A stretch of DNA of 63,377 bases, the filler included, from Octopus bimaculoides (taxonomy: Eukaryota), in the NCBI RefSeq assembly GCF_001194135.2. It is 5 parts of 4 records of this genome, joined end to end, with 100 filler letters (N's around TTAATTAATTAA, not from the genome) between each part and the next. Parts side by side here need not be neighbours in the genome. Positions count along the whole stretch, not along the records: positions 23,269 to 27,123 come from NC_068996.1; positions 27,224 to 50,716 come from NC_068983.1; 3 more parts are not named here. One strand, given 5' to 3'. The notes under the pieces are model-generated. The model saw only the letters and a program-made list of their open reading frames with translations. It ran no database searches and was not told where the DNA came from. A program made the position numbers and the translations under genes. Of the stretch, positions 26,613 through 40,896 are shown one piece after another; position 1 is the first letter of the stretch; every line of letters begins with the position of its first letter.

Positions 26613-27123
26613 CGGCTTATACGCCGCTCTAAATAATCGTCGCACCTTCCACCGGTCAAGCATCTCTCCCAACGCTTCCGAACGAAACGCCGCCCCGTTG
26701 TCCATTAGCAGTTCTTCCATGGGACGCCTCTCCAAGAATATCCCGTTCAGAATGCGGGCAATCTCATCGGCAATGCCTGTCCTCAGCTCCCTCCAAATGG
26801 CCAGCCGGCCCGGCCTGCAGTCGACCATGCTGAGATACATTTCCTGACGGTAGTGCGTCACATCCACAGCCAGTCTCCTCCAGTTGCGCTCTACTGAGAG
26901 GTTCCCCTGCTCATGCCAACCCGGGACGGGGTCAATGGACTGGCATCTGTCGCGACCACTTTCTTGACGTTTCTCCTAGTGACGTCAGCATCAACCATTT
27001 TCGCCAGATACAGGGTCCTATCCACCCCCAAGTGGTGCATAGCATGTAGCTCCTTCAGTTCGGAGTCACCCAGCCGACACGCTGCCGCTATCCCTTTCCT
27101 TGCTTCCTCTGGTTCCTCCAGCC
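26613..27123 (-). mobile_element. Gypsy LTR retrotransposon integrase fragment, bounded by gaps
   Basis: HHLGVDRT...[frameshift]RCQSIDP zinc finger, WRRLAVDVTH, ELLMDNGAAFRS; GC-rich with CpGs intact. Confidence 0.9.
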
Positions 27124-27226
27124 NNNNNNNNNNNNNNNNNNNNNNNNNNNNNNNNNNNNNNNNNNNNTTAATTAATTAANNNNNNNNNNNNNNNNNNNNN
27201 NNNNNNNNNNNNNNNNNNNNNNNTAA

Positions 27227-27269
<43 letters not shown>

Positions 27270-27361
27270 CAAACGTACACTATCCATTTATGTATATATA
27301 CATACACACACAGGTACATATATACACCTGCACTTTCGCATACATAAGTTTACATATTCAG

Positions 27362-27404
<43 letters not shown>

Positions 27405-28833
27405 CAATATGCATACATAGACAATTCCATACACACGTGCATATATAGTTATGGTAAAACATTGTTGTATATTAATTCAAATCTAAATAAAAGAATTTAT
27501 AATATAACTGCAACTTACAATTTATTTAAATTATAGTTTAAAGTAAATATAAGGGGGCATAACTACTTTTCCATTTATAGAAACAATACGAAAAACGAAA
27601 CCAACTCGATACGGTTAACGAAAATAAAAAACAATTAAATGCATACATACAACAAAAACAAAGTAATACAAATACAACCGAAAATCCCAAATACGAACAA
27701 TGAGCCTAAACAACAAAGTATACAAGATAAATACGCTATATCTTCATATATATTCTCACGTATATATATCCATGCGTTTAAAGAAAAAGAAAAACGACAC
27801 CAAATCTTTACGGACATATATAAATAAATTCTATACATACACCAAAACCAAAGTAATACCAATATAAATCAAATATCCCAAATACGAACATCGAACCAAA
27901 CTACAAATTAAACAAGATAAATACTCCATATCTTCATGTATATCACATGGTCAGCTATGTGGGTGCATTAGTATGATGTGTATATACATACATACGTACG
28001 TACATAGATNNNNNNNNNNNNNNNNNNNNNNNNNNNNNNNNNNNNNNNNNNNNNNNNNNNNNNNNNNNNNNNNNNNNNNNNNNNNNNNNNNNNNNNNNNN
28101 NNNNNNNNNNNNNNNNNNNNNNNNNNNNNNNNNNNNNNNNNNNNNNNNNNNNNNNNNNNNNNNNNNNNNNNNNNNNNNNNNNNNNNNNNNNNNNNNNNNN
28201 NNNNNNNNNNNNNNNNNNNNNNNNNNNNNNNNNNNNNNNNNNNNNNNNNNNNNNNNNNNNNNNNNNNNNNNNNNNNNNNNNNNNNNNNNNNNNNNNNNNN
28301 NNNNNNNNNNNNNNNNNNNNNNNNNNNNNNNNNNNNNNNNNNNNNNNNNNNNNNNNNNNNNNNNNNNNNNNNNNNNNNNNNNNNNNNNNNNNNNNNNNNN
28401 NNNNNNNNNNNNNNNNNNNNNNNNNNNNNNNNNNNNNNNNNNNNNNNNNNNNNNNNNNNNNNNNNNNNNNNNNNNNNNNNNNNNNNNNNNNNNNNNNNNN
28501 NNNNATATATATATACATACATACAAAAGCACACACGTATACATATGTACGCACATTTACCCATACATATATACGCATATATAGATACATATGCATATAC
28601 ACATACACAGTCTACATATATGCACATGCATATACCCCCACAGCCACTCATGTACCTAGATAAATATATATACGCACAAATACACCTACACTTACATGTA
28701 TACCCTTTCTATATACATGTATACCTTCTATATATATACCTGGATACATATATATTCTGATATATACACCGTCATATATACAGAAACACCTTCGCATACG
28801 TGGGTATTTTCATGTATGTATGAGGATGTGTAA

Positions 28834-28873
<40 letters not shown>

Positions 28874-28884
28874 NNNNNNNNNNA

Positions 28885-29045
28885 AATACATATTCATTTT
28901 TATGTAGGGAAGAATTATTTTTTTCATTCCTCAAGTTAAGTAAAGGAAATGTAGCCATTAAAATAAATAATTTCTCATTCAAACAAAGAACGCACTTCTT
29001 ATTTCGTATATTGTAACTAGATGCTGGAACCAATATATTCAATTC
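28885..29045 (-). mobile_element. Penelope-like element, GIY-YIG C-terminal fragment
   Basis: ILVPASSYNIRNKKCVLCLNEKLFIL...LLNLRNE matches the PLE CxLCLxEK...LNxRxE tail. Confidence 0.7.
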
Positions 29046-29158
29046 GAGATTAAATCAATTCGTTCATCTTTAAGTTTCCAAATGAATTTACTTAGACCCG
29101 TTGAATTCTGTCTTCCCCTATTCCGCAATGTATATAAATGTATATAACTTTATGTATG

Positions 29159-29226
<68 letters not shown>

Positions 29227-29249
29227 NNNNNNNNNNGAGAGAAGGAGAG

Positions 29250-29306
<57 letters not shown>

Positions 29307-29308
29307 TA

Positions 29309-31684
29309 CACGCATACCTCACCCTACGTCCTTAACTGTTTCCAGAAGACACGACTTGAGTTGAATTAACTTGCCTCTGGGCTAGGCTAGGCTAGGCCGA
29401 ATTTACTGATCTCTAGGCTAAACCGATAATAAACATTCCTAGATGTTATGAATGCATTTTCAATAATACATGGTTAATAAAAACCTATCTTAAGCTTATA
29501 AACAAATAATTTTTATTTGTTAATGCAGTACAGTAACAAGCAAAGTAATCTAAATCTACGAATACAGTTTGGCGGTGTTTACCGTACAACGCGGGCGCTT
29601 TAGTTATGAATGCGGTTTGCAATAAGATATAGTAAAATGAAAGCCATTTTTATGCTTAAAAACACAAATTCAGTGATTATGAATATTATTTCGCAATAGT
29701 AAAGAAAACTAAATTATTTTAAATTTTACCAATACGTACATACAATTTTGTGGTTTACACCATGGATGTAGATGGCTGTGGATCATCAACAGCAAACTCA
29801 GGCAGTTCTTGCTGTTCGATCCGCTTAAAAAACCGGTTGAGAGTTTCTTGAACTGCTTTCTTCTTTTTCTCAAAGATTACAAAAGCTTCGGAGTAAGCCC
29901 CCATAATCTTGGAAAAGCGTTGAACATTTGGATCCACATCAACGAACATAGAAAGGCCTTTTAAGATATGTGCAAATGCTTCCTGCATTTTTTTCATGAT
30001 AAAGTGATGTGGCTCAAGTTTGACTTCTTTATTTTGATGCTCGTGAAACTCTGTCCAATCCTCGTTCGTCAGGGGCAGCCCATCTGTTTCAAATTTATCT
30101 GTAAAATCTTCCTCCAAATCCATTTCCAATCTTTGCTCGTAGTCACCAACGTTTTGTTGATGGGTAACATTATCAAAGCCATCAAAATCATTCACGAATT
30201 GCGGGCATAGCTTGTTCCGTACACCATTCATAGCCGTGCTCGGTACATCATTTCATGCCGCAGCAATGTTCCGTACCATCATGTAGATATCGTATCTTTT
30301 CCAAAAGTCATGAAGTGTGATGGACCCTTCAAGATCAGTTGAAGCGTACGCTTCATATAGTAACCTTTGAAGAAAGCAATTATTGCCTGATCCATTGGCT
30401 GCAGAAGAGACGTAGTGTTCGGAGGGAGGTATACGACGGTAACGTAGGGGTAAAATCTACGATGTTTTGCTGGTGGCCACAAGCATTATTTAGATAAATA
30501 AAACATTAAAAGTTATCCCCTTCTCCTTACAGTACGTCTCTGCTATTGGGATAAAATGATTTAAGAATCAATCTTCAAAACATCAACAATAACCTATACT
30601 TTTGAATTGACCATCCATATATCAGGGAGAGATGCCTTGGGTATGGTCTTCTGGGCCCGGGTGTTGTGTGTATCATACACAAGCAATGGCTTTAACTTAA
30701 CATCTCCTGCACAATTACCTCTCAACATAATGGTCACACGTTCTTTTGAGACCTTGTTGTCTAGGATAGTTTTCTCCTCCATGGAAATGAATGAATGGTC
30801 TGGCAATGTTTTGCAATATAATCCAGTTTCGTGTAGATTAATAATCTGAACTCTACATGCTTCTCATCTAGATATTTTTCTTCAGGTCTCCAAACAAAGA
30901 CACCGCTTTCTCTTGAATGATTTCTTGACGCTGACGATTAAACTAAAAATCCAAAGAGAAAGAAGACTTTCCATTTCGTCAAAGAATTTTCCGCTTTACT
31001 TACCGATGACTGTGTTCTTCATCTCTAGGAATCCAGATTTGTTATACGCTAAAATCTTGTCCTTATGTACAATCCTCGATACATTTGTCTGACTCATCCC
31101 CAAAGATCTTGCAATAGCTACCACTTTTTGACTTTTTTCATGGCGTTTTTTCATAGCTAGTTATCTTCCAGCGTTATAGCATGACGCTACCACTTTCACT
31201 ATGAATTTTCTTAGAAGCAATGGGGTAAAAAATAAAGTCACAAATGAAGAAGAACGAGAAAGTAGCCTATAAAGAGACGTAAAGAAACCTGAATTCAAAA
31301 TAATAAGTGACAACGACACCTAACGGTAAATGTTGGAATCATAGTGCAATATGAGCTCCGAAAGCGGGGTAACTAAGACAATACAGCTGATTTCATAATT
31401 TCGTTCACTGAGCTACACTGTTTTATGGTATGTATCTTAACATTTACTGAACATATTTTAATATGAATTTATATGCTTTTATTCTTATTTAATGGACAGT
31501 AACGTAATTTTATGTGCTTTTAACGGTTTCCAAGCGATTTTACGATTACAGTATTTGTGACTGACAGACGTAAAATCGAGTAAAATTACTTAAATTTATT
31601 TTATGTTTCCAGATATTATTTTTGAAAACCAGCGTATAATTGAGAATAAATTCAATCGAAACGATATCAGCCGAGGTAGGCATG
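29309..31684 (-). mobile_element. Tigger/pogo (CENP-B-like) DNA transposon, decayed
   Basis: TA-flanked ends CACGCATACCTC / GAGGTAGGCATG resemble Tigger CAGGCATACCTC. HTH KVVAIARSLGMS, KERVTIML, KLKPLLVY, YLPPNTTSLLQPMDQAII. Confidence 0.85.
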
Positions 31685-31696
31685 TATATACGTACA

Positions 31697-31732
<36 letters not shown>

Positions 31733-32211
31733 TATANNNNNNNNNNNNNNNNNNNNNNNNNNNNNNNNNNNNNNNNNNNNNNNNNNNNNNNNNNNNNNNN
31801 NNNNNNNNNNNNNNNNNNNNNNNNNNNNNNNNNNNNNNNNNNNNNNNNNNNNNNNNNNNNNNNNNNNNNNNNNNNNNNNNNNNNNNNNNNNNNNNNNNNN
31901 NNNNNNNNNNNNNNNNNNNNNNNNNNNNNNNNNNNNNNNNNNNNNNNNNNNNNNNNNNNNNNNNNNNNNNNNNNNNNNNNNNNNNNNNNNNNNNNNNNNN
32001 NNNNNNNNNNNNNNNNNNNNNNNNNNNNNNNNNNNNNNNNNNNNNNNNNNNNNNNNNNNNNNNNNNNNNNNNNNNNNNNNNNNNNNNNNNNNNNNNNNNN
32101 NNNNNNNNNNNNNNNNNNNNNNNNNNNNNNNNNNNNNNNNNNNNNNNNNNNNNNNNNNNNNNNNNNNNNNNNNNNNNNNNNNNNNNNNNTATATATATAT
32201 GCACATATACA

Positions 32212-33900
32212 TATATATGCCCCCGAAGTGGTTTCTCTTCCCTCCCGCATCCACGACACTAACTGTGTTCTCCGTCCCTCTAAATATTTTCTCGTCTGGC
32301 TCCTCTTCATCACTCTTGATATCAAGAGTTTATATACGGTAATCCCACGCAACATAGGACTTCTTGCACTCAAACACTTTCTGGAACTTCTACCTAACTC
32401 ACGACCTGACTCCTGCTGCATGCCTTTTCGTCTGGCCGATATTGATCTCTCCCTCAACTGCTTCTCGTTCGCAGAGGATTTTTACCAACAGGTCTCAGGA
32501 GTGGTCATCGGAACAAGAATTGTCTCCAACTATGCGAACCCGTTCGCTGGCTACGTTGAGGACCAAATATTCTCATGATTCACTGGTCCCACTCCCGAAA
32601 TATACGGTCGTGCTAACGATGACTGAATCGGTGCGCCCTCACTCTCCCGCGAACAACTAGTCTCCTTCCTCTCTTTTGACCAACCCTTCCATCCTGCCCT
32701 CGAATTCTCCTGGGCTTTTTCTAGCTCTTCCGTCGAATTTCTTAATATTTCTATCAATATTCACTACCGTCTCTAACTACCTCCATCCACAACAAACACA
32801 CCGACTGACACACCTCACTCAACTTCTCCTCTTCCCACCATACCCACATGAAGCTGTCCATCTCCTACTCTCAATTCCTTCATCTGCGCAGGCTCTGCAG
32901 TGACCACCATGGCTTTGTGTCTTAGTCTCAACTCATGTCTCGCCCCTTCATCCCTCGTGGATATCCCCTCACCACTATCCACACTGCCCTTGCCAGGGCA
33001 CGTTCTATGGACCGTGCCTGTGATCTTTCTCATCGAACCCTCTCCGCCGTTGCTCATCTTCCCTTTCCCCTGATCTATGATATCCCCAACGAACCATTCT
33101 CCGAACATTGCGGTGACTCTAGTCCGACCCCTCCATCTAGCACATCTTCTCCAAGTTACTCCTTCCATCCTTCAAACGAGCCCATAACTTGCTTAACCTA
33201 CTGATCCAAGGTTCCTTCCCTAATCCCACTTCCCAGCCTGGCTCGTTCCTCCCCTCCCGCCCACGCTGCCGTAATTGCCCCTACATATCCAACACCATTA
33301 ACCTCACAGGCACACATCATCGTCCCTATCACATCACCGACTCCTTTACCTGCACTTCTAGCAACGTCATTTACTGTATCTCCAGCTCTGTTTGCTCTTC
33401 CCTGTACATCGGTCAAACTGGACGCCGCTTTGCTGACCGGTTCGCAGAGAAACTCCAAGACATCAGATTCGGTAATGACAGTGCGGTCTCGCACCATTTC
33501 CATATGTTCGGACTGTCTTTGCACAAGGGCCACCCAGATTCCCGCCTTCACTGTGTACAGAAATTAATCTTCTCTCTTTGCTCCTTTGCGCTACATGTGC
33601 TCGACTTTCCTCCTCTCTTCATCTGACACCTACTTCCGCTTTCGACTCCTACTTAACTACTTCCTCACTTCCTCTCTTCACTCCTACCTGCTTCCTCTCT
33701 TCATTGATACCACCATTGATTTTTCTAATCATTCGCCATGCTTGATCGCTAAATCTACAAGTTTTTTTGTCATTCCCTCTCTGTTTATTTACCCTTATTC
33801 CTTTCTGCGGAAGAGCGTAGGCTCGAATCGTAAAAGACTTTTTCATTTTCCCGAGCATCAAACCAATACCCTTGCTTGTTGTTCATAACCTGCCATCGGT
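32212..33900 (+). mobile_element. Penelope-like retroelement (RT + GIY-YIG), decayed, ending in an HHR-bearing tail
   Basis: RT motifs TLDIKSLYTVIP and LNCFSFAEDFYQQVSG. Endonuclease RCRNCPY...FTCTSSNVIYCIS...LYIGQTGRR. Confidence 0.92.
33801..33836 (+). ncRNA. Degenerate minimal type I hammerhead (family B)
   Basis: CTTT-CTGCGGA-A-GAGC(GTAG)GCTC-GAAT-CG-TA-AAAG; stems I and II pair, core has substitutions. Confidence 0.65.
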
Positions 33901-33958
33901 TTTTGTTTTTCTATAAATTTCAAATATACATACATACATACATACATAAACACACACA

Positions 33959-34008
<50 letters not shown>

Positions 34009-34013
34009 CACAC

Positions 34014-34058
<45 letters not shown>

Positions 34059-34068
34059 NNNNNNNNNN

Positions 34069-34128
<60 letters not shown>

Positions 34129-34179
34129 TGTATATATATATATATAAATATATATATATACACAATTGTATATATACTG

Positions 34180-34840
34180 GTGATCCCAAAACGAAGGTGC
34201 GAGTGCGAGCGTATATGTTACTGAATGTAAGTGTGTGAATGTGTAGATGATGGTGTGTGTGCTGGGTAGTAGTCAATGCTAGGATGGTGTGATATGGTGT
34301 GGTGGTGTGGTTTGGCGATGTTGGGGTGCGAAGATATGAAGGTAGGTTGTGGTTTTGGGTGAGGTTGCGGGGTAAGGTATTGAGGGCGGAGGATGTGAGT
34401 GAGGGATGTGTGGGGGTGGTGTGTGGATGGAGGCTGGTATCAACGAGGGGAGGAATTGGGTAACAATGAAGGGAGGAAGTAGGTGTCAGGGCAACAGAGG
34501 AGAGGTGGGTAGAAGTGAAGAGAGGATGTAGGAGTCAGATGAAGAGAGTTGAGCACATGTGGCTCAAAGGAGCGAAATGGGAAGTTTAATTCCAGTTCAC
34601 GGCAAAGGAGGGAGTCCTGATGTCCCCTGTGCAAAGACAGTCCGAACACAAACATGTGCTGTAATGAATGACCGGTAGAACAGAAATGGGGCAAAACCAG
34701 GGTGTCATTGCAGTGTCTAATGTCTCGGGAGTGCTCCGCGACCCGGTCAGCTAAGCGGCGTCCCGTTTCACGGATGTACAGAGGAGCACAGAAAGAGCAG
34801 GTGATGCAGTAAACGGCATTGCTAGAAGTGCATTCATACA
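34180..34840 (-). mobile_element. Second PLE GIY-YIG fragment plus 3' region, tail-to-tail with 32212-33900
   Basis: CTSSNAVYCITCSFCAPLYIRETGRRLADRVAEH; homologous to ~33340-33660. Confidence 0.85.
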
Positions 34841-34920
34841 CCTATATATCTATAAATATACTTACATACTTATATATTCATACACATATATACATACATA
34901 CATACATATATATATATATG

Positions 34921-36083
34921 GTAGAAGTCAGACAGTTGCAGCTAATGGAGAACTATCTAGGGAAACACAAATATTGAGCGGTGTTCCACAAGGAACTGTT
35001 CTGGGGCCACTACTGTTCATAGTGGCCCTTCTGGACATGCCCACAGTCACTCGGAGAGCCACTGTCACTAGCTATGCTGATGACACAAAGATATCTCAGG
35101 CAATAAAGAATCCTGATGATATTGTAAGCCTGCAGAATGACCTAAATGCAATATATGAGTGGGCAGAGCAAAATAATATGCAGTTCAATGCAAAAAAATT
35201 TCAAGTACTGCGCTACAAGACCACAAGTGCCTCCCAACTGGCATACACAGGATCTGGAGGTACTGCAATCCCAGAACCACAAACAGTAAGAGATCTGGGC
35301 ATCAACATGTGTAGTGATGCATCATTTNNNNNNNNNNNNNNNNNNNNNNNNNNNNNNNNNNNNNNNNNNNNNNNNNNNNNNNNNNNNNNNNNNNNNNNNN
35401 NNNNNNNNNNNNNNNNNNNNNNNNNNNNNNNNNNNNNNNNNNNNNNNNNNNNNNNNNNNNNNNNNNNNNNNNNNNNNNNNNNNNNNNNNNNNNNNNNNNN
35501 NNNNNNNNNNNNNNNNNNNNNNNNNNNNNNNNNNNNNNNNNNNNNNNNNNNNNNNNNNNNNNNNNNNNNNNNNNNNNNNNNNNNNNNNNNNNNNNNNNNN
35601 NNNNNNNNNNNNNNNNNNNNNNNNNNNNNNNNNNNNNNNNNNNNNNNNNNNNNNNNNNNNNNNNNNNNNNNNNNNNNNNNNNNNNNNNNNNNNNNNNNNN
35701 NNNNNNNACTCCCTGGAGCGCAGGCGGGAGAGATATGTAATAATATACATATGGAAAATACTGGAAGGACTGGTGCCAAACTTTGGCATCAAGTACTACA
35801 GGAATGCCCGCGCGGGTCGCCACTGCATGGTGCCAAAGGTGCCGTCCAGTGCATCTCACATAAGAACGAGATACTGCAGCAGCCTCGGTTTCAGATGACC
35901 TCAGCTCTTCAATGCCCGGCCAAAACCTTTGAGAAGCCTGCAAGACATGGATGCGGAGGTCTTCAAGACAAAACTCGACGCTTTCCTCTCCACGATACCA
36001 GACGAACCAATGGCTCGAAATTAGACGCAGTATAGGGCAGCGATGTCAAATTCTCTTATACACCAGATGTGCCATCAAAACTC
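34921..36083 (+). mobile_element. CR1/L2-group LINE reverse transcriptase 3' portion (gap 35328-35708)
   Basis: SGVPQGTVLGPLLF, YADDTK, LQNDLNAIYEWA, SLERRRERY. Confidence 0.92.
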
Positions 36084-36636
36084 NNNNNNNNNNNNNNNNN
36101 NNNNNNNNNNNNNNNNNNNNNNNNNNNNNNNNNNNNNNNNNNNNNNNNNNNNNNNNNNNNNNNNNNNNNNNNNNNNNNNNNNNNNNNNNNNNNNNNNNNN
36201 NNNNNNNNNNNNNNNNNNNNNNNNNNNNNNNNNNNNNNNNNNNNNNNNNNNNNNNNNNNNNNNNNNNNNNNNNNNNNNNNNNNNNNNNNNNNNNNNNNNN
36301 NNNNNNNNNNNNNNNNNNNNNNNNNNNNNNNNNNNNNNNNNNNNNNNNNNNNNNNNNNNNNNNNNNNNNNNNNNNNNNNNNNNNNNNNNNNNNNNNNNNN
36401 NNNNNNNNNNNNNNNNNNNNNNNNNNNNNNNNNNNNNNNNNNNNNNNNNNNNNNNNNNNNNNNNNNNNNNNNNNNNNNNNNNNNNNNNNNNNNNNNNNNN
36501 NNNNNNNNNNNNNNNNNNNNNNNNNNNNNNNNNNNNNNNNNNNNNNNNNNNNNNNNNNNNNNNNNNNNNNNNNNNNNNNNNNNNNNNNNNNNNNNNNNNN
36601 NNNNNNNNNNNNNNNNNNNNNNNNNNNNNNNNNNNN

Positions 36637-36716
<80 letters not shown>

Positions 36717-38095
36717 TATAAACATGAAAATACAAAATCCACATTAAGCACAGGACATCACGTACGAACGATAAATAGGTAAACACAGAACGAGTGAGTT
36801 CTCGAATATTTGTGACTACTGTTTTCTACTGTTAACGAGAAGACGGGAAAACTTCATAAGACAGCAGCCTCCAGAACTTTTAAACATATAAAATTTGTGG
36901 TGACTTAGGTCTACGAACGAACAAACGACACCAGAGTGTACGTACGTAAATGATCGACCAAGACAGATGTTTAGGGACGTTAGGCCAAGACCATTTTTCA
37001 TGGGTAACGTCTAGGGTAAATATATATCGTGAAATGAAGTGTCAGGTCTGGTAATCGAAACCACGTTCTCGTAAATTTGAGTGCAACACTCTTATATATA
37101 TATATGTCACATACTTTTATATATGACACACACACACACGCAAGTAAAACAGAAAGTTGTAATATCGGGTATCCGAACACTACTTTAAACAATATACTAA
37201 TTACAATCACAAAGCAATATTAAGTGATTGTTGAATTGAGATTTTGTAAATTCAGCATTCAGTAAACTATGTAATTCGTGTGAATAATAATTATATAATA
37301 ATGGATTACGTAAGAAATCTCTCACCCCACCCACGAATCTATCACCGTCATATAGTACATTTGTATGTATACACACATACATACGTTTGTATGTATACAC
37401 ACATACATACGTATGTGTGTATGTGTGTATGTGTGTATGAGTGTCGGTGTGATGTGGTTTTGGTGTGTTTGTAAACTATATGAATTATGTAAACTGGGTT
37501 CCGTTCTTGGCTGGATCGATTTCTGTTTTTACACAAGCAGTGTATGAACAGAATTCGGGATCATGATTTCATTTATGTGTAAGTAACGGGAAAAGAGTAA
37601 AAGATTTTACAGTAAGTGAGTGTGCTAACAGCTTTATAAAGTGTTGCCGTGTTTGTGTATGCACAGAATTAATAAACTTGACAACAACTAACAATATTCT
37701 GTCAACCATTATTCGACAGTTAAATAGCTGCAAACAAAATCCATAGGCAAATAATACATTTATAAATATATTTCCTTTAGGCATCATACTGCAATTGACG
37801 AAAGAAATTTCACTAATGGACTAGACACATCGTGGTTTTAGCCTTAGGGGTGTTTGGAAGTTCGGTAATTTCATAAAGAGCAAAAATATAGTTGTAGAGA
37901 GAAAATTGTATTTGAGAAAGTTTCCGTCAAGCAAACGCACGACATGTATTTCGGCAATGTGTAAATTCACCTCACTTTTCTGTTGGGTCAGTTTTAGTAC
38001 ACCTACATGATTTTAATGTTAACGTAGAAGACAGCAGTGCATAAATACATTGCTGTTCCATGGTATATGGAGTGCTTAGATAGATCCTTTATGCG

Positions 38096-38146
<51 letters not shown>

Positions 38147-38329
38147 ACATAAGTAGGTTGTGGTATTACGTTTAAAATTTATCGGCTATAAAGAAGAATC
38201 CGGTATTCAGTTCATAAAAAATCTATGTTATCCTTAAAAATTAGACTTCGAATAAATGGAAATGAATATATGTATCAATATATGTATGTATGCCATTATT
38301 CAGGTAGGTATTCTATTTTTCACTCAGCT

Positions 38330-38825
38330 TCAACTTTATGTTAACATCCCTTGGGCAGTAATTTCCACAACTGTACACAGTTTCTCTTCTCTTATATCTT
38401 CGGTGTTAACTGGACAAAGTGTGCATCAGATGTCACATTTTACTGCTTTTCCTGCATATCTATCACCATTGTGCATCAGGTATTTTGTTCAAATTTCCTG
38501 TTCCTGGATTGCAAATGCCTACCCTTCAACGAGGGAGGTATTAATCCGGCTATTGGATGATAGACTGCTTTGATGATCGATGTTACTATCATCTCGGAGC
38601 TTTCTGCTAACATATTTATGCATAATCTTCTACTCATATATGTTCATTCTTTCATGTGATGATTCTTTGCGCATGTATATTAAAGGTTATTAGACAAAGA
38701 ATGTTGATCAAAGAGCTGCCTTTCAAGTCTTATAATGTTATCAGCCTCGTGTATGCAAACTTGGTCAAGGGAGGCACTTCAAAACTTGGTAGTTAACATA
38801 TGTTGCCTATGTATATGTATATGCA

Positions 38826-38861
<36 letters not shown>

Positions 38862-39560
38862 ATTGTTCAATTTTATTTCAAGATTTCTTGCTTGTAGAGA
38901 AAGAGCCGGTTTCTAACGTACAGTCAGGTCTCCTTTATTGGAATTCCAACATCAACAACAAGGTAGTTTTGTTTGGATGTATGTATGCATATGTGCAGAT
39001 TTGTATGCTCTGCTTTATGCATGTGTTATGATGCATATAGTTGCATATCTAGACATGCTAAATGATAAACTTCTGGGACGTGTTACAGGTTTTAACAGTT
39101 CCAGTGATGGATTGGATCTGCAGTCTTCGAGTTAGCTTTCTCCTTTCTGGTTTTGAGAAGCCTAATTTCTGAAGATTTGTATTTAGACAGTGTGTTAAAT
39201 ATCTCAGGACCCCAATAATTACAGGTATAAATTTGAACTTGTAATCTGGATAGAGTAACTGTAGATTTCTCAATAGTTCAGTATCGGTAATCACTTTTTC
39301 ACTGACCTGCAGCTTTATATTAACATCCCTTGGGCAGTAATGTCTACAACTGTACACTGTTTCTCTTCTCTATCCCAAATCATTATACCAGGACTGTTGT
39401 GCTTAGATTTTATTAAGGTTTTCACTGGGACATTTCACCAGCACACCCTTTTATTATGCGTGGCTATGGCTTCTACCATACTGTGGGTACTTATTTCTTT
39501 GTCCTCGGGGTTATATTAATATCTGCTGGGGATGTATGAATGAATTTTCTTTGATTTTTT
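38330..39560 (-). mobile_element. R4/Dong-clade (RLE) LINE fragments, rearranged
   Basis: AFAIQEQEI*TKYL (38.5 kb), NVPVKTLIKSKHNSPGIMIWDREEK, FIPVIIG (39.1-39.5 kb). A ~55-bp segment is duplicated at ~38341 and ~39320. Confidence 0.75.
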
Positions 39561-40454
39561 TTTATTAAGTTCTTCATGAGAGTTCATGTTGGTTGTTAAT
39601 AGACGAACGAAACTATTTTACTATTCCCGCTGCCTGTAAGTGTGCAGTTGCGTGGATGTGTTGGTTGAAATGTCGATGCAGGCATCCATGTGTGTGCATT
39701 TGTTCCCATAATAATCTCAGATGGAAAATTTTTCTATGTATGTATGTATGTGAATGTATAGGGTGTTCGGGCTTAATTTAACGACATTTTAAGTCTCCTA
39801 TTTTTCAAGGATAGTCAACGGCGTTAGAGAGAAGAAATATGAAAGTTTTAGTTGAAACAATGTTACCTGATATGGAGGACTCTAAGTCATCTGAATATTG
39901 GAAGAAATATGCACCGGATATCAAAATGCTGACATCATGTCCGCTGCTCAATGCTCTGTGAACATTGTAAATTTCATAAGACGTGACATAAACATCTGCA
40001 ATTCTGACTATGAAACCGTAGCCAGCAGACGTTCTAGCTGCGTCAGCACATCGGGCTTCTTCTAAGGCCCTGGCCATCAAAGCTTTAGGCTCGTAGTGGA
40101 AATGTATATTCAGTACCAGGTGTTGATATACCAGAGATCATATAGAGATGAAGAATAAATTCAAGAACTAAATATTTACTACATAAAAATATATTTTATT
40201 TACTGTTCGGTGATGATACATAATCAAAATGCAGAATCTAATTGAATGAAGTAATCCATGCAAGAGATTTCAGAGATAGGAAATATAGAAATAACAGCTA
40301 AGTGGTGGCTTTCAGTCATGTGGCGTAGAGAAATAGACGGACATAGCAATGACGTGAATGGCTTTAAGTCAAATCGACTAAGAAGTGAAGAGCTGGGTTA
40401 GCAAGCTGCTTTCATTAATGGAACGCTTGACATTCTAGACATTGTACGTTATAT

Positions 40455-40654
40455 CACATTATTTACAGTTGACGGATATTTGTCCTCAGGCTGATATACC
40501 CTCCAGCCTTCATCAAGTGTCTTGGGGAAATTTCGAACCTGAGGTCTCATTCATAAGGTATTTTTCGATGTTATTATTATCCCACGGGCATATGCGTAGT
40601 GGTTAAGAGCGCGGGCTACTAATCTCAAGATTCCGAGTTCGATTCCAGGCGTGA

Positions 40655-40726
<72 letters not shown>

Positions 40727-40896
40727 CATCGAAAAATACCTTAGAAATGAGAACCTAGGTTCAAAATTTCCCCAAGACACCTGAAGAAAGCTGGAGGGTA
40801 TATTAGCCGAAACGTTGACTTAACAACAAACAAGATGAGGACAAATATCCGTCAATTGTAAATAATGTACATAAATTCTCATCTCTTAAATATAGA
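40455..40896 (+). mobile_element. tRNA-head/(AAT)n/hammerhead element, copy 2
   Basis: Inverted arm 40455-40580 (internally deleted), head 40586-40658 with B box GTTCGATTCC 40637-40646, (AAT)n 40659-40724, HHR core CTGAAGA 40781-40787...GAAACGTT with damaged stems. Confidence 0.88.

Noticed and set aside
39805-40080. 91-aa minus-strand ORF next to a TATAGGGTGT TIR-like end
   Set aside because: No motif recognised and no matching second TIR found
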